In this document: positions 38,615 through 47,842 of the stretch, piece by piece
Layout: each line of letters opens with the position of its first letter
Position numbering within the stretch: position 1 is the stretch's first letter
NCBI GenBank assembly: GCA_958296135.2
Contig: CATQHZ020000001.1
Location: 3,680,001-3,744,000, forward strand
DNA: 64,000 bases
Source: an uncultured Poribacteria bacterium
Lineage (GTDB): Bacteria > Poribacteria > WGA-4E > WGA-3G
Direction: 5' to 3'
The notes under the pieces: generated by a model
The model's database searches: none
The model's input: the letters and a program-made list of their open reading frames with translations, nothing else
Told to the model about the DNA's origin: nothing
Made by a program: the position numbers and the translations under genes

Positions 38615-40024
38615 ATGAACTTCAAACAGAGACTTATCGCGCTGTGCGTGTGGCTTATCCCGATAGCCTATGCGCACGCAGCACACAACTGGACAGAGCA
38701 GATCGCCGCCTTTAAACCGATGGTGGTGAACGTGGAGACTTCGTCCGAAGTCGTCTTTGAAACGGAGACGAAAGGCACCAATTTCGCAACCGGCTTCGTC
38801 GTCGATGCCGAACGCGGCATCATCGCGACGAATCGGCACGTGACAGGCAGCAGCCCCGCCTACGTCAAAATCAACTTTCACGATGGCAGCTTCACCGAGG
38901 CGCGCATCCTCCACTACGATGCCACGCATGACTTCGGGTTCTATCAGATTAACCCCGCCGAAGTTGAATTTGAAATCCAAGCCGTCGAAATCGGCGCATG
39001 GGATGAACTCTCCCTCGGCGATGAACTCCTGCTCATCGGCAACAACGACAAGGAGGAGTATTCCATTAAATTCGGCACCGTCGCCAACCTCAACGTCAAC
39101 AAAGGCGACAGGCATTCCAGCTACATCCACACCACGTTTGACCGGACTGGCGGCTCCAGCGGCAGCCCGGTGTGGAATACGGCGGGAGAAGTCATCGCTA
39201 TTCACGCGCGCGGCACCGATACCTCCAGCTTTGAATTGCCTGTCGACTATCTCATCGATGCCCTAGAGTTAATTCGCAATGAGATACCGATTCAGCGCGG
39301 CGAAATCGGCGTAGACCTCGAGCTTATCTCCATCGGCGAGGCGATTAAACACTTTAATTTCCCCGCGGCACTGCGGAAGGAAATCGGGCCATCCAAAGCC
39401 GGCACGCCGAAGGTGATTCAGATTGAATCCATGGTCCCGCGCACAACGGGCGAAACGATGCTTCGCGCCTCCGACATTATCTATCGCATTAACGAACAAC
39501 TCATCAAGGATGATCTGTATACTTTTGACGCTGTGTTAGACCGGCACGTCGGCAAAACGGTCAACTTGGACATCTATCGGAACGGCGAGAACCTCCGCCT
39601 TGACGTTCCTGTTGAAGACCTGGAATTAAAGAAGGTTCGCCGCTTCGTCCGGTTTGGCGGCGCGGTTTTCCACGACATTACCCCGCAGCTGCGGCGCATG
39701 CTCTACCTTGAGGCGGACGGTGTCTATTTGCCGCACGCTGTCGCCGGTAGTAGTTTCTCCCGCGTCGGTTTGCAGGAACGGAACGGCAATTCTAAAGTCG
39801 TCATCCTCAATATCAACGGCAAGCAGATTCGCCATTTAGACGATTTCATTGCGGCATGCCAAACCATTTCCGATGGACAGCACACCTACGTTGTCGTCCG
39901 AGATTTCAACCTGTTTGACAGCTCCCCAACGCCGAAAAGTTTGACGGTGAACCTCAAATTCGGTCCGCTGCAACAGTTTGAGTGGAATCCGGACGCGTTG
40001 GATTGGGTGAACGTGCCGGAATAA
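38615..40024 (+). CDS. Exported trypsin-like (HtrA family) serine protease with PDZ domains
   Basis: Signal peptide; catalytic triad motifs TNRHV, HDFGF and GGSSGSPV. Confidence 0.88.
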   Translation: MNFKQRLIALCVWLIPIAYAHAAHNWTEQIAAFKPMVVNVETSSEVVFETETKGTNFATGFVVDAERGIIATNRHVTGSSPAYVKINFHDGSFTEARILHYDATHDFGFYQINPAEVEFEIQAVEIGAWDELSLGDELLLIGNNDKEEYSIKFGTVANLNVNKGDRHSSYIHTTFDRTGGSSGSPVWNTAGEVIAIHARGTDTSSFELPVDYLIDALELIRNEIPIQRGEIGVDLELISIGEAIKHFNFPAALRKEIGPSKAGTPKVIQIESMVPRTTGETMLRASDIIYRINEQLIKDDLYTFDAVLDRHVGKTVNLDIYRNGENLRLDVPVEDLELKKVRRFVRFGGAVFHDITPQLRRMLYLEADGVYLPHAVAGSSFSRVGLQERNGNSKVVILNINGKQIRHLDDFIAACQTISDGQHTYVVVRDFNLFDSSPTPKSLTVNLKFGPLQQFEWNPDALDWVNVPE

Positions 40025-40936
40025 CTAAAACCGCAATTCCGCAGAGACGAAATCTGATGCGAAACGCTTCTCGAAAATGCGGGCATAGTCGATGCGGATG
40101 CCTTTCCACGCGATGCCTATCCCGGCAGTGACATCGCCGTTTGAACTGCCGAGTCGGATAGGCAGATTCGGGAAGAGGTGCCACTCCGCGCCGAGGTAAA
40201 GTTCCGGCGTTTCGCCTTCGGTAGAAAGGGCGACATCAACCGAGAATTCAAAGGTTGCAGGGTTAAAAACCCCGCCTACCGATGTTATATCCGCAGCATA
40301 GCGGTATGCTGTGCCGAAGGTTATCCAGTGGACCCCGTGTCCATCAAGGTTTTGCAAAAGGCACCCGAATTTGAAGTCTGCGCGCGGTTTGATAAGCACG
40401 CCGATGTCATACGCTGTCTCGTAACCGAAAAATTGATACACATCTGACGGGTGTCGCCGTTTGAATTTGAGGCTCGCGCCGAGGGCGGTGTAGGAACCGA
40501 TTTGATATGCAACGCCGTAATAGTTAAAATCGGGAACGCCGCTATCAACGCCGAGGGCGATTTTGTTGCCCCAGAAGAGCCCATATCCCCGGTAACTATA
40601 GCCGATGCCCTTCGGATCGAAGCGGTAATCACGTCTGTCGTGGAATTTATTGACACCGAAGAGTTTCACGCCCTGCCCCTGAATGAGCCCCGCGGGGTTC
40701 CAAAACCCGGCGGTGGCATCGTCTGCAACGGCGGTGAACGCGTTGCCCCTGCCGAGTGCCCGCGCACCGACGTAGAGGGGACGCGCCAATTCAAACGGCA
40801 TTTTCTCTCGCGACGTGGGAGTCTCTCCACTCGCGGGAATTATCAGCCACAAAAGGCACGCTATAAATAGGCAGTGCCTAACGGCACTATTATCGGAACC
40901 GTGGACGACATACATGAAAAGATACGCGGTTTTCAT
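40025..40936 (-). CDS. PorV/PorQ/FadL-like outer-membrane beta-barrel
   Basis: 'VGARALGRGNAFTAVADDATAGFWNPAGL' and a terminal Phe. The start is uncertain. Confidence 0.7.
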   Translation of the reverse strand: MKTAYLFMYVVHGSDNSAVRHCLFIACLLWLIIPASGETPTSREKMPFELARPLYVGARALGRGNAFTAVADDATAGFWNPAGLIQGQGVKLFGVNKFHDRRDYRFDPKGIGYSYRGYGLFWGNKIALGVDSGVPDFNYYGVAYQIGSYTALGASLKFKRRHPSDVYQFFGYETAYDIGVLIKPRADFKFGCLLQNLDGHGVHWITFGTAYRYAADITSVGGVFNPATFEFSVDVALSTEGETPELYLGAEWHLFPNLPIRLGSSNGDVTAGIGIAWKGIRIDYARIFEKRFASDFVSAELRF

Positions 40937-41080
40937 ATTTTTGCGTTGTTTAGCACGGCGAGGGAAACCCTCGGCGATTCGTGAGCACCGGGCCTTCGCC
41001 CGCTACGTCCTTCGGAGTTTGTCTTCCTAAGTTGTATTGGCTTTGTCACTGCTTGCATATCTGTTCAATTTTAGCACAAA

Positions 41081-41773
41081 ATGCATGATAATTCAACCGG
41101 CCCGCTTTACCTCGTCAGCACACCGATTGGGAATTTAGAGGACATCACGCTGCGCGCCTTGCGTATCCTCAAGGAGGTAACGCTCATCGCAGCGGAGGAT
41201 ACGCGTCTGACACGCCGCCTGCTAACGCATTACCAGATTCAAACCCCGGTAACCAGTTATTTTGAAGGGAATCAGCAGGCGAAGCGCGACAAACTGCTCG
41301 CACGCCTGAAAAATGGAGACACAATCGCGCTCGTTTCGGACGCTGGCACGCCGACTATTTCCGACCCGGGCTACCCACTTTTACAAGGCTGCATCGCCGA
41401 AGGTATCCCCATCGTGCCTATTCCAGGCGCATCGGCGGTGATTACGGCGGCGGCCGTCTCCGGCCTGCCGCTGCATCACTTTACCTTTGCAGGCTTCCTA
41501 TCACCAAAAGCCGGAAAACGGAAACGACAATTAACTGAACTCAAAACCGAAAAAAGAACGTTAATCTTGTTTGAATCGCCGCATCGGCTCGTCCGTTTTC
41601 TGGAGGATGTGCTCGAAGTGATGGGCGAACGCGACATCGTCATCGCACGCGAACTGACGAAGCGGTTTGAGGAGATTAGCCGCGGCTGCGTCACAGAACT
41701 GTTAGAAAAATTTCAGAACACCGCGCCTCGCGGCGAATTTACTATCGTGATTGCTCCAGATGGGAGCAAATAG
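41081..41773 (+). CDS. rsmI: 16S rRNA (C1402-2'-O)-methyltransferase
   Basis: Motifs LYLVSTPIGNLEDITLRA, VSDAGTPTISDPG, FESPHR and RELTK. Confidence 0.96.
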   Translation: MHDNSTGPLYLVSTPIGNLEDITLRALRILKEVTLIAAEDTRLTRRLLTHYQIQTPVTSYFEGNQQAKRDKLLARLKNGDTIALVSDAGTPTISDPGYPLLQGCIAEGIPIVPIPGASAVITAAAVSGLPLHHFTFAGFLSPKAGKRKRQLTELKTEKRTLILFESPHRLVRFLEDVLEVMGERDIVIARELTKRFEEISRGCVTELLEKFQNTAPRGEFTIVIAPDGSK

Positions 41774-41783
41774 GAAGAAAAAA

Positions 41784-42728
41784 ATGACTATTGACGACAC
41801 TTCACACATAGCGGTTATCGGTGCCGGACTCATGGGGCACGGCATCGCGCAGGAATTCGCAACCGCTGGTTATACCGTGCATCTGCACGACATAACCCAT
41901 GAAAAACTTGCGACAGCGCAGGCGCAAATTGAGAGAAATCTGCACCTGCTCGCCGAAAACGGTATTATCACAACGGAGAAGATTGCACCAACGCAACAAC
42001 GCATTCATACTACCACCGACTTAGCGGCAGTAACCGAAAACGCCGATTTTGTCGTGGAAGCGGTTACCGAGAACTTACCGTTAAAACAAGAGATTTTTGA
42101 GGAATTGGACGCGCGCTGCAAGCCCCACACGATTCTGGCGAGCAATACGACTGCACTCATGCCAAGTCAAATCGGGGCGAAGGCGAAACGACAGGATAAA
42201 ATCCTCAACACGCACTATTTTAATCCGCCGTACCTGATTCCGCTCGTGGAATTGATTCGCAGCCCTGAAACATCGGATGAGACGGTTGCGGTGACAGCCG
42301 AACTCTTGACGCGCATCGGCAAAACGCCAGCGATTTTGGAGAGAGAGTCCCTCGGTTTCGTCGGGCCACGCTTGCAAGCCGCCTTAATTCGGGAAGCAAT
42401 TTTCATCGTGGAGCAAGGCATCGCGAGCGCCGAAACCGTAGATCTCGTCGTGCGGAACAGCTTCGGGCGGCGGCTGAGCGTCGCAGGGCCCTTTGAAGTT
42501 TTTGAACTCGCGGGCTGGGACCTGGTGCTTGCCGCTTTTGAAGAACTCTACCGGGAATTGAACAGCTCCCCCGAAATCAATCCACTGCACCGAGAAATGG
42601 TGGAAGCCGGCAGACTGGGTGTCAAATCCCGGGAAGGCTTCTTCAAGTGGAACGATGAAAACCTGCAGGAACTGCACGACAGGATGAACCGCGCGCTGAT
42701 TCAGCAGGCAAAATCCGAAGCGATTTAA
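41784..42728 (+). CDS. 3-hydroxyacyl-CoA dehydrogenase family protein
   Basis: Motifs GAGLMGHGIA, VEAVTE, LASNT and HYFNPP. Confidence 0.9.
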   Translation: MTIDDTSHIAVIGAGLMGHGIAQEFATAGYTVHLHDITHEKLATAQAQIERNLHLLAENGIITTEKIAPTQQRIHTTTDLAAVTENADFVVEAVTENLPLKQEIFEELDARCKPHTILASNTTALMPSQIGAKAKRQDKILNTHYFNPPYLIPLVELIRSPETSDETVAVTAELLTRIGKTPAILERESLGFVGPRLQAALIREAIFIVEQGIASAETVDLVVRNSFGRRLSVAGPFEVFELAGWDLVLAAFEELYRELNSSPEINPLHREMVEAGRLGVKSREGFFKWNDENLQELHDRMNRALIQQAKSEAI

Positions 42729-43035
42729 TTGGCGGATAAAAAAAGGCAACTTTTTTGCATCACGGGTGTGTCACTTTGTGAACTGCGACTTTTTGGCAAT
42801 GTCCACCTGTCCCGTTCATAACAAGCAACTGAGCCGTTCTAGTTGAAAGATACCCAGCCTTTAAAACCCCTTTGGGGGTGCAATGTTCATAGAGGCATAC
42901 GTCAATGACAGAACCGATGACGAGCGCGGTGCGAGTTATTGGCGAACGCATGGCCAGAATGGAGTAACGAAGCCTGTGCCAAACAAAATTGATAGCGCGC
43001 GGTTGTCGTGTCAGTAACGCGCACCCCGAGGAAGA

Positions 43036-43734
43036 ATGTTAAAAAAACTTCGCGAAAATCCCAGATTTTTACGTAACCTTTTGATACCCCTCGCGGGGGC
43101 CACCGCGCTAACCTGGCTCGCCTTCAACCACAAGCAATTCTGGGCATCCCTGATGGAAATAAAAGCCGCTTTTCAGAGCCTTGAGACAGCGCGCGCGTAT
43201 ATTGAAAGTTTTGGCGCGTGGGGGCCCGCTATCTCGGCACTGCTGATGGTTTTTCAGAGCGTCATCGCACCGCTGCCAGCGTTCCTCATCACGTTCGCGA
43301 ACGGCACATTGTTCGGCTTCTGGTGGGGCACACTCTTGTCGTGGAGCAGTGCTATGCTCGGGGCCGCGCTCTGCTTCTCTATTGCCCGCGCCCTCGGCGC
43401 GCAGCCCATCGAGAAAATCGTCGGGCACCGCGCCATTGACAAGACAAACCGATTCTTTCAGCAATACGGAACCTATGCCATTCTCATTGCCCGGTTAGTC
43501 CCAGTTATCTCGTTTGATGCTATTAGTTATGGCGCAGGATTGACACGCATCAGGTTCCTCGGATTTTGGATTGCCACCGGGATTGGGCAACTCCCGGCAA
43601 CCCTCGTCTATTCTTACCTCGGTGAGAAGGCATCGGCATCCATCCGGTTGATGTTGTGGGGCTTCGGACTCGTGATTGCAATTTCAATCATCGGCTGGCT
43701 GGTGAAGGTGCAAAAATCCCAAGCGAATTTGTAG
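43036..43734 (+). CDS. TVP38/TMEM64 (DedA/SNARE-associated) membrane protein
   Basis: Motifs APLPAFLITFANG and RLVPVISFDAISY. Confidence 0.88.
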   Translation: MLKKLRENPRFLRNLLIPLAGATALTWLAFNHKQFWASLMEIKAAFQSLETARAYIESFGAWGPAISALLMVFQSVIAPLPAFLITFANGTLFGFWWGTLLSWSSAMLGAALCFSIARALGAQPIEKIVGHRAIDKTNRFFQQYGTYAILIARLVPVISFDAISYGAGLTRIRFLGFWIATGIGQLPATLVYSYLGEKASASIRLMLWGFGLVIAISIIGWLVKVQKSQANL

Positions 43735-43802
43735 TGACAAATAACCCCGGGTAGGCGCGGTTGGAAACCACGCCTACGAGAGAAAATTAAGGAGAATGCA
43801 AC

Positions 43803-44777
43803 ATGATTCGGATAGGTGTCATCGGGGTGGGAGGAATGGGCAACGCGCATTGCAACTCTCTCCCAAACGTTGAAAATTGTGAATTTGTCGGTGTCGCTGA
43901 CCTACGGTTGGAAGCGGCACAAGCCGTTGCGGAAAAACATCAGATTCGCGCGTTCCGCGACTATCAGGAACTGTTGGACATCGTTGATGGGGTTGTCGTT
44001 GCAACACCGCCCGTGGCGCATACAGAAGTAGTCATCGCAGCGGCGAAGGCCGGCGTGCACGCGTTCTGCGAAAAACCGCTCTCATTGACGCTCGCCGAAG
44101 CGGATGCCATGATTGACGCGTCGGACACGGCCGGCACGCATCTCATGGTGGGACAGGTGCTACGCTTCTATCCTGTCCACGCCCTCGGCAAACAACTCAT
44201 CAATGCAGGCGACATCGGCGACATCGTCTATATTGAGACGGATTACACAGGGCCCTACAACGCACCGCGCACCCGGCCGGATAACTGGTACGGCACCGTC
44301 GGCGGTTTGTTAGAGAACGGCATCCACAAGTCAGACCTGGTTAACTGGTTCGGCGGCACCGCGCTCACCGTTGCTGCCGAAGTGGGCAGTTTCTCCGGGC
44401 ATGACGATTGGGAAGATTACACCGTCTCGCTCATCCGTTACGATTCGGGCGCAGTCGGAATCTTGCGGTGGGGCGGCTTCCTCGGCGCGCGCGGCACCAA
44501 CGAAACTATCATTGATGGCACTGAAGGCTCACTACGCTTGGATATGGCGGCAGACCTGGGCTATCTCAAGAAGCGCGGTGCCTCCGAATGGCAGGAACTC
44601 GTGCCTGCCCGTGACGTGCCGCACGGTGTCGTCGGCGAGTTGACGCATTTTGTGGAGTGCATCCGCGATGATACACCGCCCCTCATTGATGGCAGAGGCG
44701 GAAGGCATGCAGTGGAAATAGTGTTGGCAACCTATCAATCGGCGCGAGAAAAAACGAAAGTCGCACTGCCGATGTAA
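43803..44777 (+). CDS. Gfo/Idh/MocA oxidoreductase
   Basis: Motifs GVIGVGGMG and CEKPL. Confidence 0.92.
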   Translation: MIRIGVIGVGGMGNAHCNSLPNVENCEFVGVADLRLEAAQAVAEKHQIRAFRDYQELLDIVDGVVVATPPVAHTEVVIAAAKAGVHAFCEKPLSLTLAEADAMIDASDTAGTHLMVGQVLRFYPVHALGKQLINAGDIGDIVYIETDYTGPYNAPRTRPDNWYGTVGGLLENGIHKSDLVNWFGGTALTVAAEVGSFSGHDDWEDYTVSLIRYDSGAVGILRWGGFLGARGTNETIIDGTEGSLRLDMAADLGYLKKRGASEWQELVPARDVPHGVVGELTHFVECIRDDTPPLIDGRGGRHAVEIVLATYQSAREKTKVALPM

Positions 44778-44838
44778 GGCGGGAGCGCGCTTTGAGCGAT
44801 ACGGGCGGAGACTTAACGACATCCGCCCTTACCAAATC

Positions 44839-45735
44839 ATGCTCTTCTTGGCACTCAACATCGTCCTGCTCTCCGGGTTCGGGCTGATCCTTAAACACGC
44901 CAAAAACAACCAGCAACGGCTGAACCCCATCGGTTTTATCAACTATCTGACAGCGTTTTTTCTCTCCACCTGGGCCCTGTCACAGGCACCGGACTTCGCA
45001 TTCTCAAAGTTGACGGTGGCGTTAGGGTTAACAAACGGTATAACGTATGCGCTCGGGTTCAAACTGTTCACCGTCGGCATCCGCTTAAGCGGGATTGTCG
45101 TTACCGCCGCGCTCGTCAGGCTGTCCATCGTGATACCGGTGCTGGCGGCGATGCTGTTTTGGCAAGAAATCCCGAATCTGTGGCAAGTCCTGGGGCTCCT
45201 ATTTACCTTCGGTGCTATTCCGTTGCTCAGCCGACGCGAAAAAGAGCCTACCTACACCTTGCGAACTGTGGACACCCGCACTCCCAACGCGCACCAACAC
45301 CCGCACAGCCCGCAAGGCTTGGGGGTTGTCGTCGTCCTAACGATTTTGTGCGTTACCGGCATCTCCCGGCTGACGATGAAAGCGTTTAACGAGATGTGTC
45401 CCGCCGATGAAAAATCTCTCTACATGAGCCTCCTTTTCGGCGTAACCGCCATCGTCTATTTAGGTGTCTGCATCTATCAACGGACATGGCCGAATTGGTG
45501 GGAGGTATTCTACGGCGTGCTGATAGGTGTCTGTAACCTCGGTGGGAGTTGGGCACTGCTTGTCGCGTTAGACCAGGTGAGCGCCTTGATTGCGTTTCCA
45601 ATGTCCAGTTCTGGCGGTGTGCTGTTCACCATGTTTGTCGGGATGGTATTTCTCGGCGAACGATTGAGCCGCATGTCGTTGGTTGGCGCGCTCATCGCAA
45701 CCGTCGCGTTGATTTTCATTAATTTGAAGGGGTGA
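44839..45735 (+). CDS. DMT/EamA-family transporter
   Basis: About 10 TM helices in two halves; FWQEIP and FLGERL. Confidence 0.8.
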   Translation: MLFLALNIVLLSGFGLILKHAKNNQQRLNPIGFINYLTAFFLSTWALSQAPDFAFSKLTVALGLTNGITYALGFKLFTVGIRLSGIVVTAALVRLSIVIPVLAAMLFWQEIPNLWQVLGLLFTFGAIPLLSRREKEPTYTLRTVDTRTPNAHQHPHSPQGLGVVVVLTILCVTGISRLTMKAFNEMCPADEKSLYMSLLFGVTAIVYLGVCIYQRTWPNWWEVFYGVLIGVCNLGGSWALLVALDQVSALIAFPMSSSGGVLFTMFVGMVFLGERLSRMSLVGALIATVALIFINLKG

Positions 45736-45927
45736 AACTGCGTCATTTCGCAGCAATGAGCCCGTAGGCGCGCTTTGAAAGCGCGCCTACGGTATTCGGA
45801 CCGCGCCAGACCGGGGGCTCGTTGCAGGTCGAAGAAATGCGGGAGAATCTGGGATAAACCCCGTAAATCGTAAAAAATCTGAAAATAAACGTGACGTTTC
45901 TGTTTTTATGTGGTATAATATAGGTAA

Positions 45928-46605
45928 ATGCAAAACAGATTAGTGAAGATTGGTGAAGCCGCCGAGATTCTCGGCACGACACCTGATACGTTACGTCGGT
46001 GGGAGCGTGCTGGCGAATGACTCCCGACTCGCAAGACGAAAGGCGGAACACGCTATTACGCCACCGATACACTCTACGGACTCCATGAATTGGATATGCC
46101 CACCGTCTGCTACGCACGCGTTAGTAGCAGAGAGCAGAAACCTGACCTTGACCGCCAACACGAGGTGTTGGAAGCATACTGCGCTGCAAAAGGCTGGCGC
46201 ACTCAAGTCATCAGGGACCTCGGCTCTGGCATGAACTATTCCAAGAAAGGACTCCGTCAGTTGCTAGAGATGATTCTACGCCGAAATATGAAACGCCTTG
46301 TGCTGACGCATAAGGACAGCCTCCTTCGCTTCGGTGCGGAATTGATATTCGCCCTGTGTGAAATTCAAGGCATCGAAGTTGTGATAATCCATCAAGGCGA
46401 ACGCCCCTCGTTCGAGGAAGAACTCGCCCAAGATGTTCTTGAGATTATCACCGTGTTCTCGGCGCGCCTCTATGGAGCCCGCAGTCATAAGGCACGGAAG
46501 ACAATTGATGCCCTTACAGCGGCACACGTCGCCTCTCAACCGAAGCAGGTTGAACGGGACTTAAACGATGGCACTACGAGCCCAGAAGATAGCACTCAAC
46601 CCTAG
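45928..46605 (+). pseudogene. tnpA: IS607 TnpA (MerR-like HTH plus serine recombinase) with an in-frame TGA at 46018
   Basis: MQNRLVKIGEAAEILGTTPDTLRRWERAGE*LPTRKTKGGTRYY...YARVSS, all in one frame. Confidence 0.85.
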
Positions 46606-47800
46606 CGAGGAACAAGTTGCGATGTTCTGTCGTCACGTGGATTTCGCCCGTGTCGCCTATAATGCGGCGCACTCGGAATCCCGTGACGCCGCGCGTTGGA
46701 TGTCTGTCTACGACATTAAGAAGGCATTCAACTCTCGCAAACGTGACGTGTTCCCCGAATTCGCGGACTGCTCGCAGAACGCCGGTAAGAATGCCATCCA
46801 CGCCTTTGAGGATGCTCGCCAACGTTGGAAGTCGGGACAGAACAACCGCCCGAAACGGAAGACGCATAAGTCAAAGCCGTCATTCCAGATTGACAACGGC
46901 GTTGGCAGTGTGCGCATCACGGAGGATGGTAAGTATGCTGTCCTTCCGAAAATAGGTACTGTGAGGTTGCGAGAGAAACCCCGCTACGTCGGCGAGATTC
47001 GCCGCGCCTTCGTATCCCGAAAGGAAACCAGCACATGGTATCTCAGCATCCTCGTCGAAATTGATGTCCCTGAACCGCCCGACACGTCAGCCCTCCCCGC
47101 TGCAGGTTGTGATGTCGGCATCTCTGCCCTCGCCACGATGGACGATGGCACTGTCTACGAAAATCCGCGTGCCTTGCGCGTCAATGAACGCAAACTACGC
47201 CGCGCCAATAAGGCACTCGCCCGCAAGACGTTCCTGAGCAAAAACTGGTGGAAGGCGAAGGAACTCCTCGCCCGCCTGCATGCCCGTATAGCAAATGTGC
47301 GAACCGATGCCCATCATCAGGTGACACATCGCATCCTGCAAGGCATCTCTGCACTTGGCATCGAGAGCCTCACCGTGAAAGGTTTGATGAAGAACCGCAA
47401 GTTGAGCAAGGCACTCGCCGATGCAAGTCTTGGCGGCTTCCTCGTCAAACTCAAATATAAGGCGGTTTGGCGCGGCATCCGCGTTGTGTCGGCAGACAAG
47501 TTCTGGCCGTCGACACAACGATGCAGCTCTTGCGGATACGTCAAACGTGGCGAATTCAAACTGACGCTCAAGGACAGAGAATACCACTGCGGTATCTGCG
47601 GATTCGTAGAGGACAGAGACATCAACGCAGCTATAAATCTTCGACAGCTCGCCTCAAGCACAGAGGAGAGTCAAAACGCCTGTGGAGATGCTGTAACACC
47701 AACTCAGGTTGGCTGGCATCAGAACCCGCGTGTGCGCGGAAGAAGCAGGAAACCGCTGACCTCTCAGATACTCGTAGACTTTGCACAGGTTTCCAGATAA
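46568..47800 (+). CDS. tnpB: TnpB RNA-guided endonuclease
   Basis: RuvC motifs GCDVG, IESL and DRDINAA; zinc finger CSSC...CGIC. Confidence 0.92.
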   Translation: MALRAQKIALNPSEEQVAMFCRHVDFARVAYNAAHSESRDAARWMSVYDIKKAFNSRKRDVFPEFADCSQNAGKNAIHAFEDARQRWKSGQNNRPKRKTHKSKPSFQIDNGVGSVRITEDGKYAVLPKIGTVRLREKPRYVGEIRRAFVSRKETSTWYLSILVEIDVPEPPDTSALPAAGCDVGISALATMDDGTVYENPRALRVNERKLRRANKALARKTFLSKNWWKAKELLARLHARIANVRTDAHHQVTHRILQGISALGIESLTVKGLMKNRKLSKALADASLGGFLVKLKYKAVWRGIRVVSADKFWPSTQRCSSCGYVKRGEFKLTLKDREYHCGICGFVEDRDINAAINLRQLASSTEESQNACGDAVTPTQVGWHQNPRVRGRSRKPLTSQILVDFAQVSR

Positions 47801-47828
47801 GTCTACATTTGACGAGATTCTCATAGGT
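47640..47828 (+). ncRNA. Putative TnpB omega/reRNA scaffold (boundaries uncertain)
   Basis: Expected position overlapping the tnpB 3' end and right end. Hairpin GTAGACTT (47774) pairs with AAGTCTAC (47799). Confidence 0.45.
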
Positions 47829-47842
47829 TATGTAGTGCGGTA

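Larger units (their letters stand above)
45795..47828 (+). mobile_element. IS607-family element (ends approximate)
   Basis: Serine-recombinase tnpA plus tnpB. A GAGAATCT motif is shared between the ends, and the right end probably finishes at ...CTCATAGG. Confidence 0.82.

Noticed and set aside
42730-43035. Structured RNA or riboswitch in the 300-bp intergenic gap
   Set aside because: Only a short palindrome (AACCCCTTTGGGGGTG) is visible, with no recognisable family motif. An Rfam/Infernal search would be needed.
45795-45927. IStron (group I intron) at the IS607 left end
   Set aside because: Only about 130 bp precede tnpA, too short for a group I core, and the element is intergenic.
46018-46020. 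Selenocysteine or recoded TGA in tnpA
   Set aside because: The position corresponds to a Leu-type residue in 'GELLP', not Cys, and TGA serves as a normal stop elsewhere in the window.
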